Assembly: GCA_963775805.1 (NCBI GenBank)
Contig: CAVZKG010000001.1
Location: 767,989 to 831,988, forward strand
Direction: 5' to 3'
Origin: an uncultured Verrucomicrobiae bacterium
GTDB taxonomy: Bacteria > Verrucomicrobiota > Verrucomicrobiia > Chthoniobacterales > JAFAMB01
Length of the DNA: 64,000 nt
Shown: piece after piece, positions 48,786 through 57,749 of the stretch
Numbering within the stretch: position 1 is the first letter of the stretch
How the letters are laid out: each line of letters begins with the position of its first letter
Made by a program: the position numbers and the translations under genes
Notes under the pieces: model-generated
Told to the model about the DNA's origin: nothing
Databases searched by the model: none
The model's input: only the letters and a program-made list of their open reading frames with translations

Positions 48786-49124
48786 ATTAAAGATAAGACG
48801 AATGAGTGGCGTGCCTTTAGGACACTAAATTCGACTCACTCAAATGAATGAGCGAACCAAGCTTTGCCATCTTCCAATTCCGTACCGGGCGCATCAAGCG
48901 ACCTGATTCCCGATTGCTACGGCGACTGTGGTCTACAAACTCGGGATCAAAAACGCAGAAACATTCGCGTCGGCGTCGTACACGAAGTCCAACAGAGCGA
49001 CGGGTGTTCTGGAGGTTCGCTAAATTTAACCTCAACTCTTGTGAAAAGCGTCCGTCCGTAGACATTCCGTTGCAATAGTCCAGGGTATCTTGTTTGTAAG
49101 GCCTTTGATATTCTCGGGAGCTTT

Positions 49125-50144
49125 GTGCCCAAACCCGCATCCAAGTCGCTAAAGATCGAATCGCCAACGTTCACCGAGCCGATGATGGCCAAGTTGGTTG
49201 CGGACAGACGACACGGTGATTGGATCTATGAGATCAAGCACGACGGCTATCGGGCCTTAGTCTTAATCGACGGGAAAGAGATCAAAGCTCTCTCCAGAAA
49301 CGAGAATGATTTCGGCGCGAGATTTCCTGAGGTCATCCAGTCATTCTCCAAATTAAAGGTTTCCGACGCGATCATCGACGGCGAAATTGTGGCTTTAGAT
49401 AAACAAGGCAGGTCGTCATTCCAACTGCTGCAGCAGTACTTCATGGGAAAACAGAAACCTCCCCTCGCCTTTTACGGCTTTGATCTTCTACGATTGAACC
49501 AAAAGGATTTGAAACAGCTGCCGATAGAAGAGCGAAAAGCAAAGCTGGAAATGTTGCTAAAAAATCCACCCGGAATCATTCGCTATTCGGTTTCGTTCAC
49601 CGAGAACATCGACGCTCTTCTGGACAAAATCCGCGAACTTGGTCTTGAGGGATTGATTGGTAAGCGATCCGGTTCAAAATACGAACCGGGACAACGCAGT
49701 GGTACGTGGATTAAACTCAAAGTTCTCCACCAACAGGAATTTGTGATTGGTGGGTTTACTCCACCGGATGGCTCACGCAAATACTTTGGAGCCATACTTG
49801 TCGGAGTCTACGAAGGTAAAGACTTCAAATTCAGCGGCCGTGTCGGCACAGGTTTCGATGAGATAACTCTGAAAAATCTCTATACTCAATTGAAGGAAAT
49901 CGCGACCGATAAACCTGTCTTTGTCAATCTCCCAAAGGGCGGAGGAAGTCGCTGGGATAAAGGTCTAACAGCAGCTGAAATGAGACACAGCACGTGGGTA
50001 AAACCGAAGATCGTCTGCCAGGTTAAGTTCACAGGCTGGACCCAAGATGATCGCCTCCGACAACCCGTTTACCTTGGGCTACGGGAGGACAAAAATCCCG
50101 GCGAAATTATCAGGGAAAACGCGCCAACAGTGGGTGATCGATAA
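49125..50144 (+). CDS. ligD: ATP-dependent DNA ligase (LigD ligase-domain type)
   Basis: Motif I EIKHDGYR (KxDG), [13 protein letters not shown]. The size matches a ligase-only LigD. The listed start is GTG; ATG alternatives lie at MMAKL. Confidence 0.8.
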   Translation: MPKPASKSLKIESPTFTEPMMAKLVADRRHGDWIYEIKHDGYRALVLIDGKEIKALSRNENDFGARFPEVIQSFSKLKVSDAIIDGEIVALDKQGRSSFQLLQQYFMGKQKPPLAFYGFDLLRLNQKDLKQLPIEERKAKLEMLLKNPPGIIRYSVSFTENIDALLDKIRELGLEGLIGKRSGSKYEPGQRSGTWIKLKVLHQQEFVIGGFTPPDGSRKYFGAILVGVYEGKDFKFSGRVGTGFDEITLKNLYTQLKEIATDKPVFVNLPKGGGSRWDKGLTAAEMRHSTWVKPKIVCQVKFTGWTQDDRLRQPVYLGLREDKNPGEIIRENAPTVGDR

Positions 50145-50836
50145 GTTCTCGCGTCGCCGCGCGCGGCGAATTCCCATTCCGCTTCCGTAGGCAACCGCTT
50201 GCCGGCCCACTTCGCGTAAGCAACGGCATCGGTATAGCAAACCTGCACCACCGGATACTTTTCTTTTCCCTGTAACTCGCTATCCGGCCCGGTAGGATGC
50301 CGCCAGTTAGCTCCCTTAACATAACGCCACCACTGAGAGTAATCATTCAGTGGCACCGGTTGCGCGGTGGGTGTGAAGACCATGGAACCGGCCACCAGGT
50401 TTTCCGGCGGAGCCGTGGGGAACTGCTCTTTCGTCGGCGCAATCTCCGCCACAGTCACGTAGCCGGTAGCGTTGACGAATTTTGCAAATTCCTCGTTGGT
50501 CACATCGGTTTTATCCATCCAGAATCCGTCTACATAAACTCGGTGGATGGGTTGCGCATCGTTCACGGCGTTCATGGTGGCCACAGTGCAGAAACCGGTC
50601 GATGGTAGTTTACAGCCCATCGAGAATTCACCACCCGGTATCCAGACCATGCAATTGGGCGCGTTATTGGGTACGGGGAGTTTGTTGGGAACCGTCGGGG
50701 CGAAGCCCGATCCATCGATGGCTGGTGCACCTTCATCTGCCGAGCTAGCCGGTGAAAGCCATGCCACGCTCAAGACGACTAGCGTGAACGTTCCGAACAA
50801 AAAGGCGGCAGGTAAGTGGGCCTTTGTCAAAGTCAT
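50141..50836 (-). pseudogene. formylglycine-generating enzyme (FGE/SUMF1) gene, 3'-truncated
   Basis: [54 protein letters not shown]. Homology ends within ~10 nt of the ligD stop. The C-terminal ~100 aa that carry the catalytic Cys pair are missing. Confidence 0.75.
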
Positions 50837-51017
50837 GACTATCGGTCTGAAATATACTGAGGGTTTTTCGCGGCTGTGGCCAAGCGTGATAACCGTCGGC
50901 GCCATGATTGCTAGTTTTGTATTACTCGCACAAGCACTAAAAACCATTCCCGTCGGCACGGGCTACGCTGTGTGGACGGGGATTGGAGCAGCAGGCACAG
51001 CTGTGATCGGAATGCTA
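50835..51017 (+). pseudogene. internal fragment of an SMR (EmrE/SugE-type) efflux gene
   Basis: [61 protein letters not shown] aligns with the TM1-end to TM3 core of EmrE. Homology stops at 51017. Confidence 0.7.
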
Positions 51018-51021
51018 CGGG

Positions 51022-51601
51022 GCCGATCCGGGCAAAGGTGTAGGCCATCACTCCGAGAAGCGTGCGGTCGCGTAAGCCAATGACAGTGGTTACATCGATG
51101 CCGTCCAGGAGTTGTTGGACTTTTTCAGTTGGTGGTGCCGACGTCTTACCTACGACTCGGGAAAATCTGGGCGTTTGAACCTCTCTGGCTGGATTCATAC
51201 CCAGGATGCCCTTTTCGGTCAGGTAGCTGAACAGCATCCGGATGGCGGCCATGTGTGTTGCTTAATTGTTGCGCGGGATCCGCCGTGGCCTTCGATGTAG
51301 GCGGCAACGTGGATTGGCTCGAGATCTTCAAGGTGACGAAAGCCGGCCTGATCAGCCCAGTGAAGGAACTGTTTGATCGCTCGATGGTAAGCCATCCGTG
51401 TATTTTGGTTTCGGATGCGAACGCCAAAAAATCGATATATCGTTTAACGGTTTCCGTTCCGCCTTGGGCGACGATGGCGGGAACTGGCAATGCTACTTCG
51501 GGCCGGTACGTCCTCAGTTCGGCATAACTGCTCCTGTGGCCGCCGTTCTCTCTAGTCGATCGAAAGATCCGCCGATTCTGGATTTGGCGAAGGCGCGCCA
51601 A
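51022..51601 (-). pseudogene. tyrosine integrase N-terminal half, multiply frameshifted, catalytic domain deleted
   Basis: Three frames are needed: AQGGTETVKRYIDF | FGVRIRNQNTRMAYHRAIKQFLHWADQAGFRHLEDLEPIHVAAYIEGHGGSRATIKQH | AAIRMLFSYLTEKG...[21 protein letters not shown]. The shifts lie at the A6 run (51426-51431) and near 51250. Confidence 0.75.
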
Positions 51602-53951
51602 TATATTTCACGGTTACTTTCTCGATTTTGCCTGTGAACTTAAAGGGCGCGCGTTCGGCATAGTCGAGCGACACGGGCGAGCCGAGGTCTTCGCCGACAT
51701 CGAAGGTCTCCGAGGCAGTGAAGAGTGCCGGTACCGTGTTGCCGATCTTTCCGCCGCCGACCCTCTGTCCGTTGACACGCAAGGTGACGGTGGCGGAAGT
51801 ACCGCGCTTTTGCGGATCGTCCATCACAGTTTCGATCTCGATTTTTACTTTGCCGGTCGCGATGGGGCCGTCGCTCTTGACCTTGTATCGGTTCATCGTC
51901 ATGGCGTTGTACTCTAGGTGTAGTTCGCCTTTATCGAGGAATACGGTAAATCCTGCCGAGATGCCGCCGACGGCGAAGATTACGCCGCTGGCACCTTGGG
52001 GGATCTCAGCATCTACGGTGGCGAGCGTCGAGCGGTTCTTGAAGCTGGGTGCGAGGGTTTCGCCGATGCGATTCTGTCCTTCGTAAAAGGTCCACTGGGT
52101 CAGAGGGGAGACACGCATCTGGAGCGGGTTGAGGAGGATGTAAAGGCCGCCGCCCACAGGGAAGACATGATTGTTCGCAGCCTCGATGGTGAAGAGTTCT
52201 TTCATCGCGGCTAGCTTCGCAGGCTCCTTCGCGGCGAGGTCATCGGCTTGCGAGAAGTCGTCGTCGATATGGTAAAGCTCCCACACATCCTGGTCCGGGG
52301 TCCAGGTCATAACCTTCGACAGATCAGGACGCCACGGCACTTTCGGACCGAAGGCAGAGGCCATCCAACCATCATGATAAATGCCACGGCTGCCCATGAT
52401 CTCGAAATACTGGGTATGTTTGCGATCCGCGGCCTTGGCGTCAGCGAAACTATACACCATCGAGATACCATCGAGCGGGTCTTGCGGCACACCATCCACG
52501 GTCCGGGGCGGGGTGATGTTGAGGATTTCGTAGATCGTTGGTGCGATATCATTCACGTGCGTAAACTGCGGACGCGGTGTCTTTTCTGGCTTGATTCCCT
52601 TCGGCCACGAGATGGCAAGCGGAGTACGCGTGCCGCCAAAGTGCGAGGCGATGAGCTTGGTATATTTCAGCGGCGTATCGCCAGCCCATGCCCAACCGTG
52701 ATGATACATGTTATCGACCTCCGGGCCACCCAATGCGTCGAGGCCGCCGTAGTCCTGGTCAAGCACTTTAATTTGCTGGTCGACCGTAGTTAAAATGCCA
52801 TTTTGCGCTAACAGTTCAGAGATGGTGCCGTTCACGCCTTCACCGGACGCGCCATTGTCCGAACAAATGTAGAGGATCATTGTATTGTCGCGGATGCCCT
52901 CGGCCTCCAACTCATCAACTATCTTCCCGAACTGTGCATCGGTATGCTCGAGGAACCCCGCATATACCTCCATCAGGCGCGACTGAAACGCTCGCTGGTT
53001 CTGCGGAATGCTCTCCCACGAATCCACGATATCCGGCCTCGGCGTCAGCTTTGCGTTCGCGGGAACCCAGCCCAGCTCCTTCTGTCGAGCAAAGGTTTCC
53101 TCGCGCAGCTTCTCCCAGCCTTGATCGAACTTCCCTTTGTACTTGTCCGCCCACTCCTTCTGGACTTGATGCGGTCCGTGCACCGCACCGGGCGCGAAAT
53201 ACATGAAAAAGGGCCTTTCCGGGCTTAGCGCGCGATTTAGCCGCATCTGCGCGATCGCTTTTTTCGCCAGGTCCACGGTCAGGTGGTAACTCGGATCATG
53301 ATGGGGAGGCTCGACCGGAATATTACTTTCAAACAGTCGCGGCTCGTATTGAGAAGTCTCGCCCGCCATAAAGCCGTAGAAATAGTCGAAACCCAAGCCC
53401 GTCGGCCAATTATCGAACGGCCCGAGCTTCGTGACCTCACTCGGAGGGGTGTTGTGCCATTTGCCGAACGCCCACGTGGTGTAACCGTATTCCGAGAGCA
53501 CCCGCGCAATTGTTGCTGAAGTGCGCGGAATGATGCCCGTGTAACCGTCCCAATCATTCGCGAGCTCAGAGATCTGCCCGTTTCCGACGCGATGATGGTT
53601 GCGCCCGGTAAGCAGCGACGCGCGCGTAGGCGAGCACATAGCGCAAGTGTGGAAACGGTTGTAAGCAATGCCCGAATCGTAAATGCGCGAAAGTGTGGGC
53701 GTATGAATCGGGCCGCCAAAGGTGTCGTAGTTGCCGTACCCGGCATCATCCACAAGGAAGATAATGAGGTTCGGCGCGTCCTTTGGCAGCCGGTTAGGCG
53801 TTTGTCGCCAATGATGAACGGATTCCTGCATCGAACGCCCTGCCGTGCTACTAGATGGGGCCTCGGGAAAGGGCAGGCTTTCCTGAGCGAACCCAGAGAA
53901 TGCGCCCAGCCCAAAAGCCAGTGCAAGAATGTTTATTGGTGCGAACTTCAT
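51552..53951 (-). CDS. Cys-type arylsulfatase (large form)
   Basis: Signal peptide MKFAPINILALAFGLGAFSGFAQE, LIIFLVDDAGYGN, and the C-x-P-x-R motif CSPTRASLLTGRNHH. 799 aa. Confidence 0.9.
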   Translation of the reverse strand: MKFAPINILALAFGLGAFSGFAQESLPFPEAPSSSTAGRSMQESVHHWRQTPNRLPKDAPNLIIFLVDDAGYGNYDTFGGPIHTPTLSRIYDSGIAYNRFHTCAMCSPTRASLLTGRNHHRVGNGQISELANDWDGYTGIIPRTSATIARVLSEYGYTTWAFGKWHNTPPSEVTKLGPFDNWPTGLGFDYFYGFMAGETSQYEPRLFESNIPVEPPHHDPSYHLTVDLAKKAIAQMRLNRALSPERPFFMYFAPGAVHGPHQVQKEWADKYKGKFDQGWEKLREETFARQKELGWVPANAKLTPRPDIVDSWESIPQNQRAFQSRLMEVYAGFLEHTDAQFGKIVDELEAEGIRDNTMILYICSDNGASGEGVNGTISELLAQNGILTTVDQQIKVLDQDYGGLDALGGPEVDNMYHHGWAWAGDTPLKYTKLIASHFGGTRTPLAISWPKGIKPEKTPRPQFTHVNDIAPTIYEILNITPPRTVDGVPQDPLDGISMVYSFADAKAADRKHTQYFEIMGSRGIYHDGWMASAFGPKVPWRPDLSKVMTWTPDQDVWELYHIDDDFSQADDLAAKEPAKLAAMKELFTIEAANNHVFPVGGGLYILLNPLQMRVSPLTQWTFYEGQNRIGETLAPSFKNRSTLATVDAEIPQGASGVIFAVGGISAGFTVFLDKGELHLEYNAMTMNRYKVKSDGPIATGKVKIEIETVMDDPQKRGTSATVTLRVNGQRVGGGKIGNTVPALFTASETFDVGEDLGSPVSLDYAERAPFKFTGKIEKVTVKYIGAPSPNPESADLSID

Positions 53952-54477
53952 AGTTTCCTTGCGCTGTGTTTGCTTTTAGCAGGCGCTCGGATATAGGACT
54001 CTAGTCCCATTCCTCGACTGAATTTGGTGTAGGGTTCCCAGGCGTCCATCTCGGAAAAGTGTCAGACAGTCTCGGACGAAATGGAAGCCTAATTCAGTTG
54101 AACTTTCGGCCTCTCTGCTGCGGTTGTGCGATTTGAAGGAGAGGTTGGTCTTCCAGTACCGGTTTTGCCGTAAAACGAGCTGTAATCGAGTTCTGGAGCG
54201 TTTTCTTTTAGTCGGATGATTCTTGGAAGGCCTAAGCGTACGATTTTTTCCGTTTCGTGAGCCGACCCCTTATAGGAATAGACGTTTTAAGGCACTGCGT
54301 CCTTACCTACGACGGGCCAAACAAGGTTTTTACGCTCGATTTCTAAACGTCTTCGCCGCCATCAAGCATGTCTTCCGGCGTAAACACCTTGATACGCCGG
54401 TCAAGCTCATTCATGAAATCCTCGCCCCGCAGTTGGCCTTCGTTGTTTGGCCATCGGTCACGGTTCTTAGGTCAGCC

Positions 54478-54927
54478 TCAAGTATGGCGACCGGCTAGAC
54501 CCACCATAAGATTATCGATGAAATCCGAATGCTCTGGATCGTGCAAATAAGGGCGTGCAAATTCCTCTGCCTGCTTATTTATCCGTCTTCCTTTCTTACT
54601 ATCGCCAGCGATGTCATCGGCAATCTGTTTTTTAGATTCGCAAACAAATTCATGCGGTAACGTTAAACCTCCTGCGCGCATTTTACCCAATGCCCAAGCC
54701 TCAGCCTCAAACTCCCTTAGGTGATACGGCTTTCTCTTATCGTGCCTATGAAGGAAAAAATGGGCGCATTCGTGCAGATACGTCCGTAGGTTCTGTAGCG
54801 AGTTGGGCCTGGGCACGAACATCATCATCTTGCAGTAGCAAGCTCTTCCGGGTTCCAAGGGGTCTTTGAGGTAGCACACTAGAACGTTCGGAGGCGTGTG
54901 CTCCTTAGCGACTCTATAAAGGTTCAC
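54478..54927 (-). CDS. ImmA/IrrE-like (HExxH) metallopeptidase
   Basis: YLHECAHFFLHRH (HExxHxxxH) is followed by EFEAEAWAL, as in M78-like ImmA/IrrE peptidases. The GTG start overlaps the RHH-gene stop (GTGA). Confidence 0.6.
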   Translation of the reverse strand: MNLYRVAKEHTPPNVLVCYLKDPLEPGRACYCKMMMFVPRPNSLQNLRTYLHECAHFFLHRHDKRKPYHLREFEAEAWALGKMRAGGLTLPHEFVCESKKQIADDIAGDSKKGRRINKQAEEFARPYLHDPEHSDFIDNLMVGLAGRHT

Positions 54928-55106
54928 TCCGCCTCCTGCAGCTTCTTAGCCATCTCGTCAATAACAGCGCCAAGCGTAATACCCCCTCGCTCTCCTTGCG
55001 CCCGCAGTTTGCGCGCGGTCTCGGCGTCTACGCGCGTTGAGATTGCGATTTTCACAAAGATTGACGCTTGCCGTTTGCAATCCGTACAGAATGTATTACT
55101 TACCAT
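54924..55106 (-). CDS. ribbon-helix-helix (CopG-like) DNA-binding protein
   Basis: KIAISTRVDAETARKL...GITLGAVIDEMAKKL fits a beta-strand plus two-helix RHH pattern. It may start at the internal GTG (VKIAIS). Confidence 0.5.
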   Translation of the reverse strand: MVSNTFCTDCKRQASIFVKIAISTRVDAETARKLRAQGERGGITLGAVIDEMAKKLQEAE

Positions 55107-55166
55107 GATCCCTATCCCCAGAACGGCGGTAGGGTTTTTTCATTTCATCATAAGAGGAAAAATCCA

Positions 55167-55472
55167 ATGACCACCAAGGTTTATCGAGTTTACTGCACCG
55201 CAGGAACACCAATCACTAGGTCGCCAGACACTCCCAGAAAGATGATTACCGTTCAATTTCTGGATGACACCGTGCAAGGGATGCCGAGCGTTGAAGCCCA
55301 GAGAAAAGCCATTGAATACGGGAGAACTCTTCTACGGAATGAGATCCTGAGCGATCCCCAGTTCAAAAGCGGTTTTGGTTGGGAAGCGCGAAGAGAAGAG
55401 GTTGATATTTCGGAGTACGAGTACGCGACTCCGAATCTGCAAACCGCCAGAGCAAGGGCTTGGTTTAATTAA
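55167..55472 (+). CDS. hypothetical protein
   Basis: Purine-rich AAGAGGA lies just upstream of ATG 55167. 101 aa, divergent from the RHH/peptidase pair, no family recognised. Confidence 0.5.
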   Translation: MTTKVYRVYCTAGTPITRSPDTPRKMITVQFLDDTVQGMPSVEAQRKAIEYGRTLLRNEILSDPQFKSGFGWEARREEVDISEYEYATPNLQTARARAWFN

Positions 55473-55500
55473 GCCAAGCTCGGAACAGATCAGCCACGGC

Positions 55501-55743
55501 ATGAAACCCATGTATGAAATTGCCGCCACCGTCACTACCGCAACCGAAAAGGAAGGAATAAAGCTAACGGCTGATTGGCCGCTTGCTTGGTTGCAGGGAA
55601 ACGGTTCCACCACGATCCTCCGAAAACTCTTACCAAGCGAACCTTCACCGGCTCTCGCCGAGCCCGTTCAACGCCTAGAAATCGGTGGCTATAACCGGCC
55701 AGAGTTGCGCCTCGGTGACCGGGTGATGGTCCAGCTTTTTTAA
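55501..55743 (+). CDS. hypothetical protein
   Basis: 80-aa ORF from ATG 55501. It is followed by the hairpin CCTCGA-TTTT-TCGAGG (55752-55767). No family recognised. Confidence 0.4.
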   Translation: MKPMYEIAATVTTATEKEGIKLTADWPLAWLQGNGSTTILRKLLPSEPSPALAEPVQRLEIGGYNRPELRLGDRVMVQLF

Positions 55744-57411
55744 CTCCAGGGCCTCGATTTTTCGAGGTAGTGGTGAAGAACGAATATGGATGCTTATTGG
55801 GTCTTATCGCAGCTGATATCAGTTTCGGAGTTATTCATGACCGAGCAAACCGGCCAACCCCAGCCAGACAGAGCGAGGTTGTGAATAACTCCGCCGCCGG
55901 CGAAAATAGTGCCGGCGGACGTCCTGCCTCGGCTCGATCACGGTCATATCGCAGCGATCCCAAGAGGATCAAGGGAAGACGACCGGGCGAGCCGAAGGCC
56001 CTTGCTCCGACATCTAATAGAAAGGCGCCTCAAGAAGGCCATAATATCAGCTTGGTGGATAGCAGGGCAAAGCGACGCAAAAACCAAAGCCAGCAAAGGC
56101 AAACCATGAATGACTCCGAGCATTGGAAGCAGCACCGGGCATATGGCGCTTTGGATTGGGCAAGCGAAAAGCACTCCGTTATCGTTGTCGATCAAGCTGG
56201 TAAAGTGATCGAAGACTTCGAGATCGAACAGTCGGCTTTAGGTTGGAAGAAGTTTCGGGAAAAACTCCAGCCTTACAGCTCGATTCCTTTTGCCATCGAG
56301 ACCAGTCAGGGAGCGGCAGTCGAGCAGTTGTTGGAAGCCGGTATGATCGTTTATCCGCTCAATCCCAAGAGCGCTCAGGCCTACCGCGAACGCAAAGCCC
56401 CCAGTGGGGTTAAAGACGATCGACTGGATGCTTGGAGTTTTGCCGACGCCTTGCGGGTTGATGGCCAAGACTGGAAAGCACTCCGGCCAGAGGAGCCGCT
56501 GATCAAAGAACTGCGTTTACTCTGTCGCGATGAAGTTAGCCTCATCGAACAACGCACCGCTTTTATTAGCCAGCTGCGCCATGCCTTGGCAGAATATTAC
56601 CCCGCCGCATTAGAGGCCTTCGAGGATTGGACTTCGGTCTCGGCCTGGATGTTTTTGCAGCGTTTTCCCAGCCCCGAGCTGCTGGCCCTGGCCGGTAAGC
56701 GACAATGGCAGAAGTTCCTACACAGTCGCCGGCTCTGGGGCAGCGACCAGGGGCCTCGCCGCATGGAGATCTTCGCTCATGCGACCGAGCTGAGTGGGAG
56801 CGCGCCCACCGTCAAAGCCAAGAGTCTTCTGGCCCTAAGTCTAGTGAAGATGCTCTTTGTCATTGAAAAGCAATTGGCAGTCTATCGCCAACGAATCGAA
56901 GAGCTCTTCGCTCGTCATCCTGATCATGATCTATTCGGTTCCTTGCCAGGCGCCGGCCCGAAGATCGCTCCGCGGTTGCTCTCCGAGATTGGCGATGACC
57001 GCGAACGATTCGACGGCGATGCCCGAATTTTACAATGCTATGGCGGAACCGCCCCGGTGACCAAACGCTCCGGGAAATATCGTCACTGCCATCAACGTTG
57101 GGCCTGTGACAAACACCTCCGCCACGCCCTCCATCTTTTTGCTGAGAAGAGTCTGTCCCGTTGTGTGTGGGCCCAGACTTACTATCAGCATCACCGCCAA
57201 AAGGATCGCAGTCACGCTAATGCTCTGCGCCGACTCGGTCACCGCTGGCTCAAAATCATTCACAAGATGTGGATGGATCGAACCCTATACGACCCAGAGC
57301 TCCATCACCGCAATCAACTCCAACACGGCTCTTGGATCTTTCAGTTAAAAGAATGTTAATAACCCATGATTTTTTCGCTTGAAGACCGATAGAAAGTCTT
57401 CCCTTGTGTAG
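55744..57411 (+). mobile_element. IS110-family insertion sequence (ends approximate)
   Basis: A single DEDD-type transposase gene with a ~360-nt non-coding leader. The right limit is inferred from where homology of the flanking OYE fragment ends (~57412). No terminal inverted repeats are expected for this family. Confidence 0.5.
56106..57359 (+). CDS. IS110 family transposase
   Basis: DEDD_Tnp_IS110 N-domain (YGALDWASEKHSVIVVD, FAIETSQG, DRLDAWSFAD) and Transposase_20 C-domain (LGSLPGAGPKIAPRLLSEIGD, GTAPVTKRSGK). Start ATG 56106. Confidence 0.9.
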   Translation: MNDSEHWKQHRAYGALDWASEKHSVIVVDQAGKVIEDFEIEQSALGWKKFREKLQPYSSIPFAIETSQGAAVEQLLEAGMIVYPLNPKSAQAYRERKAPSGVKDDRLDAWSFADALRVDGQDWKALRPEEPLIKELRLLCRDEVSLIEQRTAFISQLRHALAEYYPAALEAFEDWTSVSAWMFLQRFPSPELLALAGKRQWQKFLHSRRLWGSDQGPRRMEIFAHATELSGSAPTVKAKSLLALSLVKMLFVIEKQLAVYRQRIEELFARHPDHDLFGSLPGAGPKIAPRLLSEIGDDRERFDGDARILQCYGGTAPVTKRSGKYRHCHQRWACDKHLRHALHLFAEKSLSRCVWAQTYYQHHRQKDRSHANALRRLGHRWLKIIHKMWMDRTLYDPELHHRNQLQHGSWIFQLKEC

Positions 57412-57578
57412 CCCCTTCGGAAGCTCGTTGCGTGTAGTACTCACGCATCAGATCGTTGGGAATATCTCCTGGCTGTTGAGATCGCGACCGCGTGTGGCGC
57501 CATCACAACACGATGGCCAAGCGTGATAGGTCCAATCTGAACGGGGGAGAACAGCTTTCGATGATCGTGAGTATTCAT
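57412..57578 (-). pseudogene. N-terminal remnant of an Old-Yellow-Enzyme-family oxidoreductase
   Basis: MNTHDHRKLFSPVQIGPITLGHRVVMAP, then a frame shift, then SQQPGDIPNDLMREYYTQRASEG. Homology ends about 50 nt from the IS110 transposase stop. Confidence 0.7.
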
Positions 57579-57749
57579 GGTCAGTTTCGATGGTTAGCTT
57601 TCTGTAAGTGAAAAGTGTTCTGTTCGAGTTTTTACTTGGTCTTTCGTTGCTTTGTCTAGTGCTCTTCTGGTGGTACCAAGAGGTAATTTTGTAACACGGC
57701 GAGACGGATTTTAACTGCCACTTTTGAGTAGGGCAGAGATATTCCCTTC

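Noticed and set aside
48848-49124. Possible decayed LigD phosphoesterase domain upstream of the ligase gene
   Set aside because: There are only scattered 3-6-residue echoes (QKH, GVL, KR..V, FD..G) spread over three frames. This is too weak to call without a search.
54291-54480. TGA recoding (read-through, Sec, or an alternative genetic code) to extend the ImmA-like ORF through TGA-GGC-TGA
   Set aside because: TGA terminates many well-supported genes in this window (for example at 5042, 21264 and 39459), and no SECIS-like context was recognised. Nonsense decay is the simpler explanation.
55770-56105. 112-codon in-frame N-terminal extension of the IS110 transposase ORF
   Set aside because: The extension is Arg/Ser/Pro-rich with no transposase similarity. 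The DEDD domain begins right after ATG 56106. IS110 elements are expected to have a non-coding leader here.
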